Virus record (IMG/VR): IMGVR_UViG_2799112265_000001
Location: 67,783-131,782 of that record
DNA: 64,000 bases
Source of the DNA: a virus
Taxonomy: Duplodnaviria; Caudoviricetes
Reading direction: 5' to 3' (one strand)
Made by a program: the position numbers and the translations under genes. Positions 58,401 through 64,000 of this stretch are shown here, in pieces; the stretch's first letter is position 1, and every line of letters starts with the position of its first letter. The notes below the pieces were generated by a model. The model worked only from the letters and a program-made list of their open reading frames with translations. It was not told the DNA's origin and searched no databases.

Positions 58401-60986
58401 GGGTCGATCACGACCTCCCAGCTCAACGTCACCACCGCGGCGTCCGTCCTGCAGAAGTTCTACGACGTGGGGTCGGACGCCTCGAAGTGGCGGGTGTCGG
58501 GGTCGAGCACCGCTACCGCGACCGTCCCGTCGAACCTCAGCTCGGTGCAGGTCGCGGACGCGCAGTCCGGCAGTTCGGTGATGCGCGCGGTCGGGTCGCT
58601 CACCGCGGCCTGGCGGCCGGACGTGCTGATCCCGTTCGACCCGAACGTTCTCTACCGGGTGACCGCCGTCGTCCGGCAGACCGTCGCGGGCAGCGACACC
58701 ACCCAGCAGCGGCTGTACACCGGCGTCGCGGGCATCGCGGCCGACGGGGCCACGCTGGTCAACACCACGGGAGCCGCGTCGGCCGCGACCCAGCACTACA
58801 TCGCCGCCTCGTCGCAGAACCTCACGGCGGGCGCCGGGTGGGTGCGCGTCACCGGCTATCTCAAGGGGTGGGCGGCGGCCGGCGTGAACGGCTCCAGCGC
58901 GCCGTGCCCGACCCCGACCGCACCAGGCCAGGTCCACGCCAACACCCGGTTCCTCAGCCCGCTGCTCTACCTGAACTACAGCGGCGGCACCGGCACGGCC
59001 GAGGTCGGGTCGGTCACGATCGAGGTGGTCGAGACCGGCGCTGTGCAGTCGGTGAACATCGCCGACGGTGCAGTCACCACGCCGAAGCTGGTCGCGGGAG
59101 CGGTCACCACCGACAAGCTGGTGGCGAGCGCGGTCACGGCCGAGAAGATCGCTTCGCTGGCCATCACCACGGACAAGCTGGCGGCGCTGTCGATCACGGC
59201 CGACAAGCTGGCCGTGAACTCGGTGACGGCGTCCGCCATCGCGGCCGGGAGCATCGACTCCACGCACATCAAGGCCGGGTCGATCGCCGCCGACCGGCTC
59301 TCCCTGGCCGTCGACGGCAACGTGATCGCCGACCCGTCCTTCGAGGGCGCCACCTCGGACCAGCGCGTCGCCGGACAGAGCAACTGGTCCCTGATCGCGC
59401 CGGGCAACGGCACCGCCCGCGCGCTCCAGGTCAACGCAGTCAACGGCTCGGCCACATCCCGGGGCCTGACTCTGGCGACGCTGCCCGCCGTGCCCGGCAC
59501 CAAGGTGTGGCTGGCCATGGACTACCTGGCCTCCACCGACTGGAACGGCACCTCCGCGTGGATATACGCGCAGTGGCTCGACACCTCCGGCACGATCCTC
59601 GCCAACAGCGAGATCAGCACCACGGGCGGGGGCGCCACCACCGTGCTGGGCACCTGGACGACCCTCTCCGGCGTGCCCGACCTCCCGGCCCCGGTGGGCA
59701 CCGCGCAGCTCCGGATTGCGGTCGCGTCCAACAACGCCAGCGCAGGGACCGTGGCGTGGGACAACGTCAGCGCCCGCATCGTCATGGCGTCCGGCGTGGC
59801 CGGAGCGCGCACGGAGATCAGCCCGCGCGGCCTCCAGCTGTACGACGACAACGGGGACGAGGCGGTCGCCCTGGTCACCGGCCGCCCGAACTACCTGACC
59901 CTGTCGGCGGACGGGGTGGCGACGGCGACGATCGACCAGACCGGCGCAGCCGGCTTCCAGCGCCTGGCCGTCGCCGAGAACCTGACCGTGGGCGGCACCG
60001 ACCTGACCGACGTGCTGGCCGCGCTGCCCCGTGGCATCCAGGCCATCGACTACCAGGCCCTGTCGAAGACGGCGTCCGGCACGGAGATGGGCTTCGTCGA
60101 GCTGGCCTGCGACATCGACCCGACCCGCATGTACAAGTTCGTGTTCCAGGGCCGGTGTGACCCGTCGGCCGCGGGCGGGGAGCTGCGGCTGTTCCTCCGC
60201 ACCGGCGGGGCGAGCGGTGCCGCACCGACCATCTCCTCCACCCAGCTCTACATGGCCGTGCACGCCATGCCGGTGGCGACCTCGTTCACCGCGCGGATGG
60301 ACTTCGTCCGCAGCGGGCTGGCACTCGGGGGCGGCACTCACCGCTTCCTGCTGTCCTTCGCCAACGCCCTGGGCCCATCCGGGCAGACCTGCGCCCTGTA
60401 CGGCAACGACTACTCGATCGGCGAGTTCTGGATCGAGGACATCGGCCCGTACATCCCGGAGACGGGCGGCTACAACGACGGCGGCGGCACGAGCGCCCCC
60501 ACCCCGAAGCAGTACACGAAGTACTACAACGCGTCCTGGTCGGGCTCGTACGTCAACCGGGGATCGTACGACTCGTACCACGGCAACCAGTGCTTCCAGG
60601 GCTACTACAGCAGCACCAACGGCATGCAGGCGTCCCTGATCGGGTTCCCGTCAGCGCTGGGCTCCGACCTGGCCGGCGCCACGATCCAGCAGGCTCAGGT
60701 CTACCTGTACTTCGACCACTGGTACTCAAACGCGGGCGGCAAGGCCGTGATCAAGGCGCACAGCTTCACGTCCCGCCCGTCGTCATTCTCATGCGACCCC
60801 GAGGCGAAGACGATCTCGTGGGCCCGTAACGAGGGCAAGTGGGTCGACATCACCAGCGTGTTCGACAGCACGAAGTGGCGCGGCATCGCGCTCGACCCGA
60901 ACGCTTCCGGCACCACCTACTACGGCCGGGCTCGCGGCTACGGCCAGTCCAACCCGCCCCGCCTCAAGATCACCTACACGAAGTGA
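55443..60986 (+). CDS. tail fibre / receptor-binding protein
   Basis: 1847 aa; three blocks of ~10-aa VTAAKLAA-type repeats between duplicated beta-sandwich domains (DPSFEG x2, [YF]DPxVLYRV x2). Confidence 0.85.
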   Translation: MASFNLDERERSKQLAGFFKQIEDRLGALERPNQLNGASIEGGTLDIYDEEGVLKGSVGVQPDGGLAVVPDPVNTAPPPTPTPPTVETELGGLRIGWDGAWADAVAAPTDFALVQVHVGTSETFVPSVATQVATITAPLGGTITAHVTGYDPVWVCLVGQNTAALTGAPSARVQGQARQAVGQDLIDGIVTEVKLAEAAVTEAKVATAAISTEKIRQGAVNELLLANDAVTAAKIAAGAVQSTALADGAVLAAKLAANAVTQGKLATGAVTELALADSAVTAAKVAVSAIDGTKIQDAAVTAAKLGDAAVTSTKLAGGAVNALALADSAVTAAKVAVSAIDGTKIQDAAVTAAKLGAAAVTAGKLAAQSVTPAALTGALADTASQRWVDTMGDPTAWSVLQLGTGASWQHLTGVPDAGSGQTVGQAAGFVRLRGNVLMAYDPDVLYRVAVRIRATVQPATPDVFYLGLLGVGADGLTLVNRDGQNSANSHYYAAASARSLPSASGWVTAIGYVKGRALAGASGSAGPNPDPRAPGLVHANVRYVTPYVWCNYNNQASAAGTMQVDVVSIEALKTGVVDSTNLVTGSVTAAAIATDAVVAGKIAADAITARELAADSVTAGKIAAGSVVTAKLAAAAVTANELAANSVTATAIAAGSVQAGALAADAVAAGKVAADAITARELAANSVTAAELTAGSVIAGKIAAGAVTAAEIAANTITAGQLAANSVTAAAIAAGSVQAGALAADAVAAGKIAADAITARELAANSVTASELSANSVTAQAVAAGSISADKLTIVGGSNVLPDPSFEGAGGAAIAAKATYLSIDKTFGNGTPASLKLVATAGAATTRNAELMLLPTTAGDQVYLAVDYYPSTDWAGAEINVHAQWEKADGTVLSAGKVSTTSPAKGAWARFSGTVTAPAGAVLARIRVESGNATAGSVWWDNAAVRPVTPGVQIADGAITTPKMVAGSIQGDRIAVNTLAADRIVSGSITTSQLNVTTAASVLQKFYDVGSDASKWRVSGSSTATATVPSNLSSVQVADAQSGSSVMRAVGSLTAAWRPDVLIPFDPNVLYRVTAVVRQTVAGSDTTQQRLYTGVAGIAADGATLVNTTGAASAATQHYIAASSQNLTAGAGWVRVTGYLKGWAAAGVNGSSAPCPTPTAPGQVHANTRFLSPLLYLNYSGGTGTAEVGSVTIEVVETGAVQSVNIADGAVTTPKLVAGAVTTDKLVASAVTAEKIASLAITTDKLAALSITADKLAVNSVTASAIAAGSIDSTHIKAGSIAADRLSLAVDGNVIADPSFEGATSDQRVAGQSNWSLIAPGNGTARALQVNAVNGSATSRGLTLATLPAVPGTKVWLAMDYLASTDWNGTSAWIYAQWLDTSGTILANSEISTTGGGATTVLGTWTTLSGVPDLPAPVGTAQLRIAVASNNASAGTVAWDNVSARIVMASGVAGARTEISPRGLQLYDDNGDEAVALVTGRPNYLTLSADGVATATIDQTGAAGFQRLAVAENLTVGGTDLTDVLAALPRGIQAIDYQALSKTASGTEMGFVELACDIDPTRMYKFVFQGRCDPSAAGGELRLFLRTGGASGAAPTISSTQLYMAVHAMPVATSFTARMDFVRSGLALGGGTHRFLLSFANALGPSGQTCALYGNDYSIGEFWIEDIGPYIPETGGYNDGGGTSAPTPKQYTKYYNASWSGSYVNRGSYDSYHGNQCFQGYYSSTNGMQASLIGFPSALGSDLAGATIQQAQVYLYFDHWYSNAGGKAVIKAHSFTSRPSSFSCDPEAKTISWARNEGKWVDITSVFDSTKWRGIALDPNASGTTYYGRARGYGQSNPPRLKITYTK

Positions 60987-60994
60987 GGACCGCT

Positions 60995-61387
60995 GTGCCC
61001 ACTGCACCGTTGATGCCCCTCGCCCTGATGGCCGCGCTCGCCAACGAGAAGACGCTGATCCCCCGCGTCCGCATGGCCATCGCCGTCGTCGCCCAGGAGG
61101 TGTTCCTGGAGGACGCCAGCACCCCCGGCAATCCCCTGCGATTCAGCCTGGCCCGGTCGGTGCTGTCCCCGACCGACCTCCAGGCGGCCGCGATGATGGT
61201 CGGTCTCGTGGCATCCCCCCTGTTCCAGGCCGCGGCCATCACCGCCAACTCCAGCGACCCGGCGGTGATGGCGGCCGCCGTGACCGACGAGCAGCTCCTC
61301 AACGCTGTCCGGGTCGGATGGAGCGCCGTCGCAGGGGTGTCCCCCGCCCAGGCGGCCGGGGCAAAGGAGACGCCCATCGAGACGTAA
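60995..61387 (+). CDS. hypothetical protein (possible fibre chaperone)
   Basis: GAGGA RBS, directly after fibre gene. Confidence 0.65.
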   Translation: MPTAPLMPLALMAALANEKTLIPRVRMAIAVVAQEVFLEDASTPGNPLRFSLARSVLSPTDLQAAAMMVGLVASPLFQAAAITANSSDPAVMAAAVTDEQLLNAVRVGWSAVAGVSPAQAAGAKETPIET

Positions 61388-61489
61388 GCCTCCACGGTGA
61401 TGCATCTTCCGGGCTGCGGGGAGCCGCGAGCCGTACAAGGCTCCGGCTCCCGCGCACCCGACTGACCACCACGACCGAGGAGGCACCCC

Positions 61490-61918
61490 GTGGAGTGGCT
61501 CACCTCGCTGGGGCCCCTTCTCACCTCCGTCTTCGGCGCCACCAGTGCGCTGGGCGGCGCGTGGATGGTGCACCGGGCGACGAACCGCAAGACCCAGGTG
61601 GACGAGCGCAAGGCCCAGGTGGAGGAGAAGGCGAGCGAGGCCGCCACCTTTGTCCAGTCCGTGCAGACCGTCACCACCGGCTTCACCCAGCTCCTGGAGC
61701 AGCAGCGCGAGACGAACGCCAGAACGCTGGAGCGCGTCACCACGCTGGAGAACCGCGTGGAGCGCCTGGAGGAGGAACAGCGGATGTGGAGACGCTGGAA
61801 GGTGGCAGCCGTCGACTACATCCACCAGCTTCGCGCCCTCCTCGACAAGCTCCACGGCATCCCACCTGTGCCGCCGCAGGAGATCGCCGACGACCTGGGC
61901 GAGCCCGCCGCCCACTGA
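61490..61918 (+). CDS. membrane-anchored coiled-coil protein, lysis-cassette type
   Basis: GAGGAGG RBS; N-terminal TM then coiled coil. Confidence 0.7.
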   Translation: MEWLTSLGPLLTSVFGATSALGGAWMVHRATNRKTQVDERKAQVEEKASEAATFVQSVQTVTTGFTQLLEQQRETNARTLERVTTLENRVERLEEEQRMWRRWKVAAVDYIHQLRALLDKLHGIPPVPPQEIADDLGEPAAH

Positions 61919-61985
61919 GTGAGGGGACGCAAGGGCCCTCGGCCGCGCACAGTCGGCCCGTCATCTCCGTATGAAGGGCTGGACC

Positions 61986-62303
61986 ATGAATCTGTTGTAC
62001 GCACTGACGGCCGGCGCCAAGGTCGGACTGCTCCTGCCACTGCTCACTGCCGTGGTGCAGCAGCCCGGCTGGTCGGCGCGGGTGAAGAAGTGGGTCGCGG
62101 TCGCGGCCGCGGGCGTTGCCGGCGTCGTCACCGTGGCGGCCGAGGGTGGCTGGGCGCAGTTCCACTACGCGCACCTGACCGTGGTGACCCTTGCGGGTGT
62201 GCTGGCGGCCTCCCAGACGAGCTACGTGCTGCTGTGGAAGCCGATCAAGCTCGCCCCCTGGATTGAGGCCCTCACCGCCAGAAACAAGCCTCAGCAGGGC
62301 TGA
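61986..62303 (+). CDS. holin-like protein
   Basis: Three TM segments; LPLLTAVVQQPGWS. Confidence 0.7.
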   Translation: MNLLYALTAGAKVGLLLPLLTAVVQQPGWSARVKKWVAVAAAGVAGVVTVAAEGGWAQFHYAHLTVVTLAGVLAASQTSYVLLWKPIKLAPWIEALTARNKPQQG

Positions 62304-62584
62304 TATCCCTCTCGGTGCCCATCCGCGCTGTGTACGGCGGGTACCATCTCCCAACGAGGCGGCCGTACCGCTGCCACGACAAGCGTTGAGAGATCCCCAA
62401 GCCCTCTATGGCTCCGTTCACCTCAAGCGGGTGTTCCTTTCGGCCAGGCAGGTGGGGTGCGGGAATCGGTCTCGAGACCACCGGGTGCGTGCAGAGCACT
62501 CGGGGCCGGGGAGCGGTTGCTCCTGCGATGATCCGGCACACGCCTGTCGCTGGCTGGTACGGCCGTCTCGCTGTCTGTCCGAGC

Positions 62585-62643
62585 CCCCTTCGCGCGTCCG
62601 AGAGCAGCGGGCCGCACACCCCGAACTGGAGGAACACCCCGTG
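62585..62643 (+). promoter_or_regulatory. conserved hairpin leader element, copy 4
   Basis: GTCCG-AGAGCAG-CGGGC then CACCCCGAACTGGAGGAACACCCCGTG. Confidence 0.65.
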
Positions 62644-63459
62644 ACCGAAGACCAGATCGCCCAGGAGATCGAACGCCTTGCCCGCCTGGAGGACGACGAC
62701 TTCGTGGACGCTGTGGTCAGGTGCGTCACAGGCGCTCCAGATCGACGACTGCCGCGCGCCGTGCAGGAGGCGGCCCTCTCCTCGCCCCAGCTCGCGGGCC
62801 GCACCGCAGACGCTCTGGAGACGGCCCTGCGACGCGCCAAGCACTACAACCAGCTCCTGGAAGGGGAGACCCGACGGGCGCAGCAGATCCGAATCGAACC
62901 ATGGCGGGCCAAGATCAAGGCCGCCCTGGGGCACATGGAAGACATCGTCGACGACCAGGCCCACGAGCACGCGAAGCAGTTGGCCTCTCTCGATGACGCC
63001 GCCCTCGCCGACCGCTGGACCGCGTTCATCCTCGGCGAGCCCGCGCCGGCGCCGACGCCCCGCCGCGTCGAGGCCCTCGCTTTCCGGTCACACAGGGTAG
63101 CCGCGAGGGCGGCGGAGTTCTGCCGGCTGATGATGGAGAACCCGGGCCAGTACCTGCCCGATCCGCCCCCCGGGGAGGGCACCAACGCCCGACAGCGCCG
63201 CATCGACGGATTCCGGAAGAAGGTGGAGTCCGAGGCCCGGTTCCTGCGCTACGGCGTCCAGTACGCCGACGCCCGCCTAGGCCGAATGCCGGGCGAGCCG
63301 AACGTCCGACTGGCCGCTCTCCGTCTGCTGGGCAAGGCCCACCCCGAGGAACTGACCAAGCTGCTGCGCCAGGTCCGCGGCGAAGACCGCGCCGCGCGCC
63401 ACGAGGCGCGGCAGGATGCCCGCGCGGTTCGCCGCGCCGCGACACCGCGCGCGCGGTAG
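62641..63459 (+). CDS. hypothetical helical protein with internal duplication
   Basis: GGAGG RBS; LARLEDDDF/LASLDDAAL and EGETRRAQQIRI/EGTNARQRRI repeats. Confidence 0.7.
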   Translation: MTEDQIAQEIERLARLEDDDFVDAVVRCVTGAPDRRLPRAVQEAALSSPQLAGRTADALETALRRAKHYNQLLEGETRRAQQIRIEPWRAKIKAALGHMEDIVDDQAHEHAKQLASLDDAALADRWTAFILGEPAPAPTPRRVEALAFRSHRVAARAAEFCRLMMENPGQYLPDPPPGEGTNARQRRIDGFRKKVESEARFLRYGVQYADARLGRMPGEPNVRLAALRLLGKAHPEELTKLLRQVRGEDRAARHEARQDARAVRRAATPRAR

Positions 63460-64000
63460 CCCCGCGCGCTCCGATCGTCCCACCCAGGGCGCGCCCGTTG
63501 TGGCGCGCCCTTCGTCATGTCCACGGCGCGGCCAGCCACCCCGCGCGGCCCGCCAGGTCCCGCGCCGCGCGCCCGCGCCGCGCCAGGGGAGGGGAGCGGG
63601 CGCGCCCCATACCGCGCCCGTTCCCGGCGCGCGGCGCGGTCTTTCTCGGGGGCGCGGCGCGCCTGGTCCGGGCCGTTCCATGAGGGCGCGCCGGGAGGGG
63701 CGCGGTACCGGCGCGCCTGGCCCACAGGAGGCGCGCGCCTGCAAAACCGCAGGCCAGAGGGCGCGCGCCTGTCGAGCAGAGGGAGGCGCGCGCGTCAGGC
63801 GCGCCGCGCGGCGCGGCAGGCAGGGCGCGGTTGGGCGCGGTCACGGGGAGCGTGCTGGGCGCGCGGACGGGCGCGCCGCCGGAGGCGCGGTCGGGCGCGG
63901 GCGCGGTGGGTGGCGCGCGCGGCGCGGGTGCTGGGCGCGGCTGATGGCGCGCTCCAATCGCGCGGTGGGGGAGGCGCGCCGCGCGGTCGGAGCGCGCGGC
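63420..64000. repeat. dense GGCGCG/CGCGCC short-repeat tract
   Basis: Dozens of GCGCG cores; at least 6 GGGCGCGG octamers on + between 63650 and 63940. Confidence 0.7.

Noticed and set aside
63249-63844. Arg/Ala/Pro-rich ORFs at the window end
   Set aside because: By-products of the GGCGCG tract; no RBS or codon bias

Overview
Very GC-rich, Streptomyces-type DNA. The window looks like a large part of a plasmid-phage hybrid (a temperate siphovirus-like element carrying conjugation genes, similar in layout to phiZL12-type elements). 1-15 kb is an early/plasmid region with a Cre-like tyrosine recombinase, many small coupled ORFs, a RusA-like resolvase, a HAD phosphatase, an FtsK/TraB translocase and an Spd-like gene. 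15-21 kb is an accessory island with an orphan type I-E CRISPR-like mini-array, a Cys-rich ORF, a GNAT and an XRE-TPR regulator. 21.5-62.3 kb is a virion module: portal-MuF fusion, HExxH protein, a ~3,280-aa multidomain protein, prohead protease-Nudix fusion, HK97 capsid, metallophosphoesterase, neck and tail genes with a GGGAAAG frameshift, tape measure, tail fibre and holin-like genes. The window ends in a GGCGCG-dense tract. I recognised no terminase, endolysin or cas gene. Main observations: (1) a cas-less 3-repeat I-E array with 20-nt structured spacers, a candidate RNA anti-CRISPR; (2) a 16-copy bipartite late-promoter motif; (3) a 4-copy covarying AGAGCAR hairpin leader; (4) shared ExK and HPRD motifs suggesting packaged, protease-processed capsid cargo. 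All calls come from reading motifs by eye; no searches were run.
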